NCBI GenBank assembly: GCA_028101095.1
Contig: JAOHKG010000001.1
Span: 1,332-65,331, forward strand
Source of the DNA: Fidelibacterota bacterium
Lineage (GTDB): Bacteria > Fidelibacterota > Marinisomatia > Marinisomatales > UBA1611
Length of the DNA stretch: 64,000 bases
Reading direction: 5' to 3'
Shown here one piece after another: positions 19,680-29,345 of the stretch. Each line of letters begins with the position of its first letter. Position 1 is the stretch's first letter. The notes under the pieces were generated by a model. The model did no database searches, was not told the DNA's origin, and was given only the letters and a program-made list of their open reading frames with translations. The translations under genes and the position numbers were made by a program.

Positions 19680-21283
19680 TTAAAAAAATAAGTATTAAAA
19701 ACTATGCAATAATTAAGGAATTGGAAATCCCTTTTAAATCGGGCCTTACAGTTATTACAGGTGAAACAGGTTCTGGGAAATCCTTGATTTTAGAGGCTCT
19801 GGGTGTTTCGCTAGGAAAAAAAGCTCATAAAATGATGATCCGTAATGGTAAAGATAAGGCAATTATTGAAACCTCTTTTAATAACTCTAAAATAAAAAGA
19901 GTTATTTTAGAGAATGGACGGACAAAATCTTTTTATAAAAATCAGCCTATTACCCTAAATAATTTAAGAGACCACAAAAATATAAAAATTGACTTTCATG
20001 GTCAAAATGACCAACAATTTATTATGAATGCGGATACTCATATTGATTATCTTGATCATTACTGCGGACACATGGAAAAAATCAATTATTTAAAATCTAT
20101 TTTTGTAGAAATAAAAGGTTTAGAAGAAAAGCTTCTACTATTAGAAAAAATATTTGATGAGATAAATGAGAAGCGCGATTTATTAATTTTCCAAGCAAAA
20201 GAAATAGATGCGATAGCTTTAATCGAAAATGAAGATATATTTTTGCATGGTAAATTTAAAAAGCTCTCCAATCTAAGAGAAATTATTGATGCTTTAAATA
20301 CTTCAAATGATATTCTTTTTAATCAAGATAACACAATTATTTCACAGATCAATCATATCAAAAATATAATTATATCATTAGAAAAATATGACCCAACCCT
20401 AAATAGAATTTCTTCATTATTAGAAAATTCAATCATTAATATTCAAGAAACGCAAAGTGAGATCAGTAATCAACTTTCCATGCTAGACTTAGAACCTGAA
20501 GAAATTCAAATTATTGAAGAAAGGTTAACAGCTATTGAAAGTCTCAAAAGAAAATATGGTGGTTCAATAGAAGCTGTCTTAGAAAAAAGAGAAGAAATAA
20601 AAACAAGTTTAAAGGCGGCGGATAATCCAGAAAAAGAAAAAAAATTAATAATTAAAAATATTATTAAATTGAAAAATACTTTTAATATAATAGCTACTGA
20701 AATTCATGAGAAGCGTAAAAAAGTAAGCTCGAGCCTTTCTTTAGAAATTCAAAAAACTATGAGAAACCTTAACATGCCTGAGTCCTTATTTAATATCAAT
20801 TTATCAACTAAAGTTGATGAAAGTAGCTTTGTGAAACATAAAAATAATTTTTACCAATATAATTCAAAAGGTTTTGATTTAGTAGAGTTTTATTTATCAA
20901 CTAATCCAGGAGAGCCTCTTAAGCCATTATCACTTGTTGCATCAGGAGGAGAGGTTTCCAGAATTATGCTTGCTATAAAAACTGTTTTTGAAAAAATAGA
21001 TCCTGCCAAAACACTCGTTTTTGATGAGATTGACTCTGGGATTTCAGGATTAGCTGCTAGTAAAGTCGCTTCTCATTTGGTTGAGTTATCAAAACATAAA
21101 CAGGTTTTATGTATTACCCATTTAGCTCAAATCGCAAGTAAGGCTAATCATCATTTGCATATTGATAAATATACTGAGAATCAAAATACTTATGTAAATT
21201 TTAAATATTTAACTGGTAGAGACCGTATAGCAATTATGAATAAATTATTTTTAGGAACTTCAAACGGAGAAAATGATGGATAA
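19676..21283 (+). CDS. recN: DNA repair protein RecN
   Basis: The 535-aa ORF has Walker A (GETGSGKS), a long coiled-coil middle, an SMC-type signature (SGGEVSRIMLAIK) and Walker B (LVFDEIDSG). Confidence 0.9.
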   Translation: MIKKISIKNYAIIKELEIPFKSGLTVITGETGSGKSLILEALGVSLGKKAHKMMIRNGKDKAIIETSFNNSKIKRVILENGRTKSFYKNQPITLNNLRDHKNIKIDFHGQNDQQFIMNADTHIDYLDHYCGHMEKINYLKSIFVEIKGLEEKLLLLEKIFDEINEKRDLLIFQAKEIDAIALIENEDIFLHGKFKKLSNLREIIDALNTSNDILFNQDNTIISQINHIKNIIISLEKYDPTLNRISSLLENSIINIQETQSEISNQLSMLDLEPEEIQIIEERLTAIESLKRKYGGSIEAVLEKREEIKTSLKAADNPEKEKKLIIKNIIKLKNTFNIIATEIHEKRKKVSSSLSLEIQKTMRNLNMPESLFNINLSTKVDESSFVKHKNNFYQYNSKGFDLVEFYLSTNPGEPLKPLSLVASGGEVSRIMLAIKTVFEKIDPAKTLVFDEIDSGISGLAASKVASHLVELSKHKQVLCITHLAQIASKANHHLHIDKYTENQNTYVNFKYLTGRDRIAIMNKLFLGTSNGENDG

Positions 21284-22526
21284 AATTATAATTCAAGGAC
21301 AAGCTAAATTATCTGGTGAAGTAGAAATTAGTGGAGCAAAGAATGCAGTCTTACCAATAATGACAGCAACATTATTAGTTAATGGAGTTTCAAAGATAAG
21401 TCAAGTACCAGACTTAAAAGATACCCGAACAATGATAAAACTTTTGGAAATCATTGGAGCCAAATGCGACTTTATAAATGGTAATTTGAAAATTGATGCA
21501 ACTTCAGTAGATAATCCTGAAGCACCATATGATTTGGTGAAAACTATGAGAGCTTCTTTTTATGTTCTAGGGCCACTATTGGCTAGGTTTGGCTATGTAA
21601 AAGTTTCTCTTCCTGGAGGTTGTGCTTGGGGTCCAAGGCCAGTTGATTATCATTTAAATGCACTAAAGAAATTAGGAGCAAAGATCACCCTCAAGAGTGG
21701 ATATATTTTAGCTGAAGCTAAACGATTAAAAGGTGCAAATATTTCTTTTGACTTTCCATCTGTTGGTGCAACAGGTAATATTGTTATGGCTGCTGCAACT
21801 GCCTTAGGAATAACAAAAATATCAAATGCGGCAAAAGAACCTGAAATTGTACAACTATGCGATTATTTAAACTTAATGGGAGCAAATATTAAAGGTATCG
21901 GTACTAGTAAATTAGTAATTGAAGGTGTTGATTTACTGAAATCTGCGGATATCAAGGTTATCCCTGATAGGATTGAAGCGGGTACTTTTTTAGTAGCTGG
22001 TGCATTATTAGGAGAAATAACTCTTAAAAATGTAATTCCAAAACATTTGGATAGCATGCTTTCCAAACTCTCGGATTGTGGATGTGATATAGCATCGACA
22101 GAAACTAGTATTACTATTTCTCCTGCAAAGCTCTTAAATCCTGTAGATATGACTACTGATGTATATCCAGGTTTTGCAACAGACCTTCAGGCGCAATGGG
22201 TTGCTTTGATGACTCTAGCAGAAGGATCTTCAATCATCACTGATAACGTATATCATGATCGTTTTAGTCATGTTCCAGAACTCAACAGATTTGGGGCTAA
22301 CATTAAAATGAAAAAAAATGTAGCACTAATTAGAGGTGTAAAAGAATTGATTGGAGCTCCTGTGATGTCTACAGATATTCGTGCAAGCGCATCTCTGATT
22401 GTTGCGGGCCTTGCTGCAAAAGGTGAAACTTCTGTTAGTAGAATATACCATATTGATAGAGGTTATGAAAAAATCGAAGCAAAATTCAGATCCTTAGGCG
22501 CAAATATTATGCGAAAAAATACTTAA
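21273..22526 (+). CDS. murA: UDP-N-acetylglucosamine 1-carboxyvinyltransferase
   Basis: The 417-aa ORF carries ISGAKNAVLPIM, the catalytic Cys loop LPGGCAWGPRPVD, and HIDRGYE at the C-terminus. Confidence 0.95.
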   Translation: MMDKIIIQGQAKLSGEVEISGAKNAVLPIMTATLLVNGVSKISQVPDLKDTRTMIKLLEIIGAKCDFINGNLKIDATSVDNPEAPYDLVKTMRASFYVLGPLLARFGYVKVSLPGGCAWGPRPVDYHLNALKKLGAKITLKSGYILAEAKRLKGANISFDFPSVGATGNIVMAAATALGITKISNAAKEPEIVQLCDYLNLMGANIKGIGTSKLVIEGVDLLKSADIKVIPDRIEAGTFLVAGALLGEITLKNVIPKHLDSMLSKLSDCGCDIASTETSITISPAKLLNPVDMTTDVYPGFATDLQAQWVALMTLAEGSSIITDNVYHDRFSHVPELNRFGANIKMKKNVALIRGVKELIGAPVMSTDIRASASLIVAGLAAKGETSVSRIYHIDRGYEKIEAKFRSLGANIMRKNT

Positions 22527-22589
22527 GTATAATTTTTCTATAGTTTCAATAAATTAGTAATTTTAGTAAACAATAAGTTGGTAGCATAA

Positions 22590-23942
22590 ATGAAAGTAGT
22601 TATTATTGGTGGAGGGGAAGTTGGTTTTCATGTCGCTAAAGCACTCAGTGAGGAAGACTATGATATTACCGTAGTCGATATAGACCCTTTCAAATGTAGA
22701 AGAGCATCAGAAAATCTTGATGTGATTGTAGTAGAAGGCAATGGAGCAAGTCCTAATTGTTTAAATGAAGCAAGAGTTGGTGATGCAGATTATGTATTAT
22801 GTTTAACGAGAGTGGATGAAGTAAATCTAATAGCCAGTCAGCAAGCGCATAAATTAGGTGCCAATAAAATAATCGCACGTCTTAGAAATCAACAATATAC
22901 AACTCAAGATTCAATAATAAGACCTGAAAAATTTGGTGTAGATGTTGTAATCCATCCTGAAAAAGCAGCATGCGAAGAGATCATGAGACTTGTAAAACAT
23001 CCTTATGCCGTACAGGCTGTTGATTTTGAAGCTGGTAGATTGACAATGCTTGGATTATTAATAAATAAAGATTGTTCAAAGATTACAAATAAGCATTTGG
23101 GGAAAATTGCTAAAGATAATAGTCACTTTAGATTTGGAGTAATCGCAGTCTTAAGAGGGCAAGAAACAATTGTTCCTTGGGCTGAATTTGAATTTAATGA
23201 AGGCGATATAGGTTATTTTATCATTAAAACCGAAGACCTGGAAAACCTTATGGGACTTTTAAATAAAGAAATTACTCACACTCATAGGGTGATGATTATT
23301 GGTGGCTCTAAGATTGGTAGAACTTTAGCTAAACACTTACCAAATGATTCTTTGAATGTAAGACTCGTAGAGAAAAATAGACCAAAAGCTGGGCAAATAT
23401 CTCATATGATTGATGAATCAATGGTTATCTATGGAGATGGTACAGATATTGAATTTTTAAAATCTGAAAATATTCAAGATGTAGATAGTTTTATTGCTGT
23501 AACTGAAAATGAGCAGACAAATTTAATTGCGGGCTTATTAGCAAATCATTTAGGGGCAGCGCAGAGTATAATACATGTTTCAACTACAGAATATATACCT
23601 GCTATTCAAGAAATAGGAGCAGGGGCTGTTTTTAGTAAAAATTTATCAACAGTAAATGCAATCTTGAAGGAGTTACATACTGATATAACTGAAATTCCAG
23701 TTCTTACTTTCGATGAGATCGATGTCGATGTAATTGAGTTTCAACCTGAACCAGGAAGCCCCGTTACAGAGCGTCCATTAAAAGAATTAAATTTCCCTAA
23801 AGATTGTATAGTTGGTATGATAAATCATCATGGTAAAATTAGAATAGCACATGGAACTTCTATTTTAACTGAAGATGATACTGCATTAGTCTTTACAAAA
23901 CCAAAAGCAATCACAAAACTTAAGAAACTTTTTTCTTCATGA
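22590..23942 (+). CDS. trkA: Trk system potassium uptake protein TrkA
   Basis: The 450-aa ORF has two TrkA-N Rossmann domains (IIGGGEVG and IIGGSKIG), each followed by a TrkA-C region. Confidence 0.9.
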   Translation: MKVVIIGGGEVGFHVAKALSEEDYDITVVDIDPFKCRRASENLDVIVVEGNGASPNCLNEARVGDADYVLCLTRVDEVNLIASQQAHKLGANKIIARLRNQQYTTQDSIIRPEKFGVDVVIHPEKAACEEIMRLVKHPYAVQAVDFEAGRLTMLGLLINKDCSKITNKHLGKIAKDNSHFRFGVIAVLRGQETIVPWAEFEFNEGDIGYFIIKTEDLENLMGLLNKEITHTHRVMIIGGSKIGRTLAKHLPNDSLNVRLVEKNRPKAGQISHMIDESMVIYGDGTDIEFLKSENIQDVDSFIAVTENEQTNLIAGLLANHLGAAQSIIHVSTTEYIPAIQEIGAGAVFSKNLSTVNAILKELHTDITEIPVLTFDEIDVDVIEFQPEPGSPVTERPLKELNFPKDCIVGMINHHGKIRIAHGTSILTEDDTALVFTKPKAITKLKKLFSS

Positions 23943-25408
23943 GGTTGAAAATCCTTTTAAATATCTTAGGTGGGCTTCTATTGATATTGGGCCTAGCAAT
24001 GATATTCCCAATTTTAATATCGTATGGATACGGGGAGAGTGATTTAACTGGTTTTTTAATTTCTTTTTCTGGATGCATTATTTTTGGGTTTCCAACATGG
24101 TATTTCACTAGGCATAATAAAACTCTTACAAATCGAGATGGTTTTGCTATTGTAACTTTCTCTTGGATATTTACTGCGATTGTAGGCGCTTTACCTTTCT
24201 ATCTATCTGGAGCTATACCAAATATAACAGATGCATTTTTCGAATCAATGTCTGGTGTAACTACAACAGGATCAACAATCTTAGGAAACATAAATACACT
24301 ACCTCATTTAACAAATGGAATTGAAAGCTTACCTCACGGTATTCTATTTTGGAGATCATTCATCCAATGGATCGGAGGAATGGGAATTGTCGTATTTTAT
24401 ATTGCGATTCTTCCATTGTTAGGCGTTGGTGGAGTACAATTATTTAAAGCTGAAGTACCAGGACCTGTAGCGGATAAAATTAAACCCCGAGTAAGAGAAA
24501 CTGCAAAATTTTTGTGGATAGTATATGTTGGTATTACCTTTGCTCAAATTCTAGCTTTATCAGCAGCTGGAATGGGAATATTCGATTCTATATGCCACGC
24601 CTTCACAACAATGCCAACTGGTGGTTTTTCTACAAAAAACGCTAGCATAGGTCATTATGATAGTTCAGTTATTCATTTCATTATTATTTTTTTTATGTTT
24701 TTAGCAGGAGTCAACTTTTCACTTCATTTTAGAGCGATAAATGGTGATTTTAAAGCATATATTAAAGACAAAGAATTTTCAGTGTATTTTTCAGTTACTT
24801 TATTTATTACGGTATTAGTTTTTATTTTTGTATCTATTAATGGTTTAGGTTTTTCGTTTCTTAATTTTAGAGATTCTCTTTTTACTTCTATTTCAATTTT
24901 AACAACAACTGGTTTTGGATCTGCTGACTATGAGCTTTGGCCTGTAGCGGTGCAAGCAATTTTACTGATTTTAATGTTTATTGGTGGAATGGGTGGATCT
25001 ACAGCAGGGGGTATGAAAGTAATTAGATGTATGTTATTGGTGAAATATGCTGCTTTAGAAACTCGTAGAATGCTACACTCTAGAGCTTTAATACCTGTTA
25101 AAATAGGAAAACAACTTATTAATGAAGACGTAGTTAGAAATACATTAGGTTTCTTTTTATTTTTTATGTCAGCTTTTATTTTATCAACTATTCTTTTAAC
25201 AATATTGGGTCTTGATTTAGAATCTGCTATTGGTGCAGCAGCATCTTCTATGGGAAATATTGGTCCTGGCCTTAATGAATTTGGCCCCTCTGATAATTAT
25301 TCTATGCTTTCAAAACCGGGAAAATGGGTTTTGACTTTTTGTATGCTTTTAGGAAGGTTAGAAATATTTACAGTTATGGTTCTATTCAGTAAAACATTTT
25401 GGAAATAA
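23939..25408 (+). CDS. trkH: Trk system potassium uptake protein TrkH
   Basis: The 489-aa polytopic membrane protein has TrkH pore-loop motifs (MSGVTTTGST, TTTGFG, MPTGGFST). Its start overlaps the trkA stop (ATGA). Confidence 0.9.
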   Translation: MRLKILLNILGGLLLILGLAMIFPILISYGYGESDLTGFLISFSGCIIFGFPTWYFTRHNKTLTNRDGFAIVTFSWIFTAIVGALPFYLSGAIPNITDAFFESMSGVTTTGSTILGNINTLPHLTNGIESLPHGILFWRSFIQWIGGMGIVVFYIAILPLLGVGGVQLFKAEVPGPVADKIKPRVRETAKFLWIVYVGITFAQILALSAAGMGIFDSICHAFTTMPTGGFSTKNASIGHYDSSVIHFIIIFFMFLAGVNFSLHFRAINGDFKAYIKDKEFSVYFSVTLFITVLVFIFVSINGLGFSFLNFRDSLFTSISILTTTGFGSADYELWPVAVQAILLILMFIGGMGGSTAGGMKVIRCMLLVKYAALETRRMLHSRALIPVKIGKQLINEDVVRNTLGFFLFFMSAFILSTILLTILGLDLESAIGAAASSMGNIGPGLNEFGPSDNYSMLSKPGKWVLTFCMLLGRLEIFTVMVLFSKTFWK

Positions 25409-25415
25409 AAATATT

Positions 25416-26186
25416 ATGAAAATGATAAATTCTATTATTAAAAATAATATTTGCATTCTTACTATCGAAAGAGAAAAAGCTTTGAATGCAATGAATTATG
25501 AAACTCTCCATGAATTGAATGATGCATTGAAGACTTCAATAAAAGATGAAAGTATTAGAGCTATAATAATTACTGGATCTGGTGAAAAATCATTTATTGC
25601 AGGAGCAGACATTAAGATTATGCAAAATCTTGACAAAACTAAGGCATATGAATTTTCAAAACTTGGACAAAATTTAACAAATACGATTGAAAACTCTTCG
25701 AAACTGGTTATTGCAGCTGTAAATGGTTTTGCATTAGGTGGCGGATGTGAAATAAGCTTAGCTTGCCATTTAAGGTTTGCTAGTGAAAATGCAAAATTTT
25801 CTCAACCTGAAGTTAAGTTAGGTTTGATACCTGGATGGGGAGGTACCCAAAGGCTACCTAAAATAGTTGGAAAATCATTTGCATTAGAAATGATTTTAAG
25901 TGGTGAAATGATTGATTCAAAAAAAGCACTTAGTTTAGGTTTAGTAAATGGTATTTTCTCTAATGAAACTCTCTTGAATGAAGTCTTGTTATATACCGAT
26001 AAAATTCTAAAAAATGGTCCAAAAGCATTAGAATCTTCATTATTATGTATTCAAAAATCGATTAATTCTCAACAGGAGGAAGGAATGGAAACAGAGGCTA
26101 AATTATTTGCGAAAAGTTTTCAAAGTAAAGAAACTAATGAAGGGATCACTGCTTTTATCGAAAAAAGAACTCCTAAATTTGATTGA
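25416..26186 (+). CDS. enoyl-CoA hydratase (crotonase family)
   Basis: The 256-aa ORF carries FIAGADIK, AAVNGFALGGGCEISLACHLRFA and PEVKLGLIPGWGGTQRLP. Confidence 0.9.
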   Translation: MKMINSIIKNNICILTIEREKALNAMNYETLHELNDALKTSIKDESIRAIIITGSGEKSFIAGADIKIMQNLDKTKAYEFSKLGQNLTNTIENSSKLVIAAVNGFALGGGCEISLACHLRFASENAKFSQPEVKLGLIPGWGGTQRLPKIVGKSFALEMILSGEMIDSKKALSLGLVNGIFSNETLLNEVLLYTDKILKNGPKALESSLLCIQKSINSQQEEGMETEAKLFAKSFQSKETNEGITAFIEKRTPKFD

Positions 26187-26204
26187 AAATCATTTTTAAT
26201 ATAA

Positions 26205-27239
26205 ATGAAAGTCTATTTTAAGAAACATAGAGTTTATTTAAAATATAGTTTTGGTCTATCAAGAAGTAACAATAATTGGTATGATCGAATATATGTTTAT
26301 TTAAAAAGAAATAATATTACAGGAATAGGAGAGGCTGCTCCCTCCCCAAGATATAATGAATCAATACACCTTATTGAGAAAATACTTCAAAATGGAATTA
26401 AAATTCCTCAATCACATACATCGTATGAAAAAATTTGGAAATATTTAAAGCCTCAGTTAAGTGAAATAAAATCCTTGGAAGCTGCTTTTAGTATGGCTCT
26501 TTTAGATTATATGGCGAAAGTCGAGAAAAAAACAGTCTCTAAATTTTTAAAATTAAAGCAAAATAAAATACATAAAACTAGTTATACTATAGCAATTGGA
26601 AGAATAAGTCAAATCGAAGAAAAAGTTAAAGATGCTGAAGGATATAAAATATTAAAAGTTAAACTTGGTACCGTTGACAATGATAAAAATATAATAAAAG
26701 AAATCAGAAAATATACAGATAAAAAAATAAGGGTAGATGCTAATGAAGGTTGGAAACTCGATCAAGGTTTGGAAATATGTGATTGGCTCAATAAATATAA
26801 TATAGAATTAATTGAACAACCATTTCCATCTAATAAGATTGAGGATACAATAAAATTAAAAGAATACACTGATATAGATATATATGCAGATGAAAATAGT
26901 TGTACTTCTAGCGATATCTCTAAAATACATTCAGCTTTTGATGGAATAAATATTAAACTGATGAAATGTGGCTCAATTTTTGAAGCTATAAATATGATAC
27001 AGTTGGCGAAGAGATACAAACTAAAAGTAATGCTAGGGTGTATGATAGAGACATCTGTAGCAATATCAGCAGCAGCTCAACTCGCAGGTGAAGTTGATTT
27101 AATAGATTTAGATGGTAATCTTTTAATTAAAAATGATCCTTTTATAGGGGCAGAAATACATAAAGGATGTTTGAAAATCAGTTCGAACTATGGATTAGGC
27201 TTAAATCTTAAAAAAGAATTTATTAATTTGAAAGTATGA
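26205..27239 (+). CDS. dipeptide epimerase (L-Ala-D/L-Glu epimerase-like), enolase superfamily
   Basis: The 344-aa ORF has the KxK motif ILKVKLG, metal ligands in RVDANEGW, IEQP and ADE, and a second catalytic Lys in KLMKCGS. Confidence 0.75.
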   Translation: MKVYFKKHRVYLKYSFGLSRSNNNWYDRIYVYLKRNNITGIGEAAPSPRYNESIHLIEKILQNGIKIPQSHTSYEKIWKYLKPQLSEIKSLEAAFSMALLDYMAKVEKKTVSKFLKLKQNKIHKTSYTIAIGRISQIEEKVKDAEGYKILKVKLGTVDNDKNIIKEIRKYTDKKIRVDANEGWKLDQGLEICDWLNKYNIELIEQPFPSNKIEDTIKLKEYTDIDIYADENSCTSSDISKIHSAFDGINIKLMKCGSIFEAINMIQLAKRYKLKVMLGCMIETSVAISAAAQLAGEVDLIDLDGNLLIKNDPFIGAEIHKGCLKISSNYGLGLNLKKEFINLKV

Positions 27240-27640
27240 AGATTCTAGGAATAGAACATGTTGGAATAGCAGTTAATAATTTTGAGGAAAGCTCGTCTTT
27301 TTGGAGAGATATTATTGGCCTAGATCTGAAAGTAAGAGAAGAGGTTGACTCTCAAGGTGTAATAACTGATATCTATCCCACAGGAAATGGGAAAATTGAA
27401 TTATTAATGGAAACGTATCCCAATAGTCCAATTTCAAGATTTTTAAAAAAAAGAGGTCCGGGTATACACCATATATGTTTAGAAGTTGATGACATAAATA
27501 AAGCAATGGTTGAGTTGAAAGAGAAGAATATAAAAGTTATAGGGGATCACATAACCAAGGGAGCGGAGGGATACAAAATTATATTTATACATCCATCTTC
27601 AGCATCAGGTGTCCTTGTAGAATTAGCTCAAAAAATCTAA
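27236..27640 (+). CDS. methylmalonyl-CoA epimerase (VOC family)
   Basis: The 134-aa ORF carries LGIEHVGIAV, GPGIHHICLEVDDI and FIHPSSASGVLVEL. Confidence 0.8.
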   Translation: MKILGIEHVGIAVNNFEESSSFWRDIIGLDLKVREEVDSQGVITDIYPTGNGKIELLMETYPNSPISRFLKKRGPGIHHICLEVDDINKAMVELKEKNIKVIGDHITKGAEGYKIIFIHPSSASGVLVELAQKI

Positions 27641-27647
27641 TTGAACG

Positions 27648-29114
27648 TTAATTTTTTCTAAAACTAGGTAATTTGAATATACTGTTGGCTTTTTTTGATT
27701 TAGATTTATCTTTTTTCTTATCTTTTTTAACGGATTTTGAATCATCAGACATTGGATTCGAGTTTTCTTGATCACTTGTTACAATTAATTCGTCTTCAGT
27801 CATTCTACCCATATCGTATAGCGATTTCCTTAAGGGTAAACCTTTGAAATCATATTGAATCCACTCTCCATTCTTTTTAGAACCTTTCATGAGTCCTCGT
27901 TCTTTAACTCTACCATTTCGATGGTATTTTATGATGAGTTCATGGCCTGGAGGTGTTGTGTTAGCTATTACTTCTCTACGTTTGTTTACAACAGAAGTAT
28001 CATATTTTACATAGGTTTGTTTAACTAAATTTTTAATCGTGTCCTGTACTAAAGTTGTGTCAAAGGTTAAAATCTTTAAAGTATCGAACACGACAGACCG
28101 ATATTTAAGATCTGGACCGATAAAGTCATTATCTTTTGGTTCTCTTGTAATTGCTTGGACCATTGCCGTAGAATACATTTCTTGCAATTTTTTATATTCT
28201 GTTTCAGCTTTCACCCAATCTCCTCCCGCAGAGTTTAAGGCTTGATTAATCCATCCTTGTGCTGACTTATCTCCAGTATCTCGAGCACGAAGTGCATCTC
28301 CTAAAGTTTTATATTTAGGGAATGCACTTTGGTTTTCTCTGATCATATCTGGAGTGAAATTATTTGGAAACTTACTAGAATATGTGTGAATAGTTACGGT
28401 ATCGTTATTAGAAACAACTAGAGTATCGAACGACTTCACCGAATCAACTGCGAACAACCAAATTGAATCCCTTATAACGGTAGTGTCATGCGCATAAACC
28501 CATGTTGTATCATAAAGAACAGTAGTATCATACGCAAAAGCCCATATAGTATCTCTCATTATTGTTGTATCGTAATTAACAACAACAGTTGTATCTAAAA
28601 CATATACTGTATCATAGTTAGCTTGTACAATTGTAGTAGTATCATAATTGTTAATATAAATACTATCAATAACAACAGTAGTGTCATAGACAGTGGTAGT
28701 GGCATTAGTGTAAATAAATGTGGTATCTAAAGAAGTAGTTGTATCATATAGTGTCGTATAAACAAAAATTGTATCTGTTAATTTTTCTGTTAATTTTTGA
28801 TCATAATTTCTCTGAAGAATCTCGGACTGTTTTAAAAGTGCTGAAACAGTAGATTTCAGACTATCAAGTTCGTTTCTGTAGGTAGTTTCAACAATTTTAG
28901 TACGAGCTAAAGCATTAGATTTCTTTTTAACTTTTTTTGTTTTTTCTTTAGCTTTTTTAATAACCCTATTAAATAGTGGTTTTGGAGCTTCAATAATTGA
29001 TCCAGTTTGTGTTCTGTAAATTTTTCTTTTCTTTTCATTTACAGGTCCTTGCGCTAGTAAAATGGAACAAAAGATTAACAGAGTATTTGTTATTATAAAG
29101 TTGAATGATCGCAT
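27648..29114 (-). CDS. secreted repeat protein: coiled coil, ~17 short DT(T)-centred repeats, MORN-variant repeats and a Lys-rich tail
   Basis: The 488-aa ORF has a signal-like N-terminus. Residues ~113-245 read TDTIFVY/LYDTTTS/LDTTFIY/VYDTTVVI/DSIYINN/YDTTTIV/NYDTVYV/LDTTVVV/NYDTTIM/RDTIWAF/AYDTTVL/YDTTWVY/AHDTTVI/RDSIWLF/VDSVKSF/DTLVVSN/NDTVTIH. The C-terminus has HRNGRVKERGLMKGSKKNGEWIQYDFKG (MORN/YwqK-like) and a KKDKKKDKSKSKK tail. Confidence 0.7.
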   Translation of the reverse strand: MRSFNFIITNTLLIFCSILLAQGPVNEKKRKIYRTQTGSIIEAPKPLFNRVIKKAKEKTKKVKKKSNALARTKIVETTYRNELDSLKSTVSALLKQSEILQRNYDQKLTEKLTDTIFVYTTLYDTTTSLDTTFIYTNATTTVYDTTVVIDSIYINNYDTTTIVQANYDTVYVLDTTVVVNYDTTIMRDTIWAFAYDTTVLYDTTWVYAHDTTVIRDSIWLFAVDSVKSFDTLVVSNNDTVTIHTYSSKFPNNFTPDMIRENQSAFPKYKTLGDALRARDTGDKSAQGWINQALNSAGGDWVKAETEYKKLQEMYSTAMVQAITREPKDNDFIGPDLKYRSVVFDTLKILTFDTTLVQDTIKNLVKQTYVKYDTSVVNKRREVIANTTPPGHELIIKYHRNGRVKERGLMKGSKKNGEWIQYDFKGLPLRKSLYDMGRMTEDELIVTSDQENSNPMSDDSKSVKKDKKKDKSKSKKANSIFKLPSFRKN

Positions 29115-29345
29115 TTTTTAATTTTTTAGTTTAATTTTTAATATGATTTAAGTAATGTATTAATATTAGAATATTATGACATCTAATTTATATTTTAAAT
29201 TGCTTAGATAAAATAAAAAAGGAAGGGCTTGTTTACACGAAAAAAAGACATGAAATGTGGGGATCTATGCATCATATTTGGGCTAGTATCTTTGTTGATA
29301 CTGAAACTATGGGAAATTAGAAATATATAAAATGTTAGGGCTTAT

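Noticed and set aside
29250-29330. 26-codon hydrophobic ORF (MKCGDLCIIFGLVSLLILKLWEIRNI) just upstream of uvrC
   Set aside because: It has no SD, no conservation evidence and no recognisable family. ORFs of this size are expected by chance.
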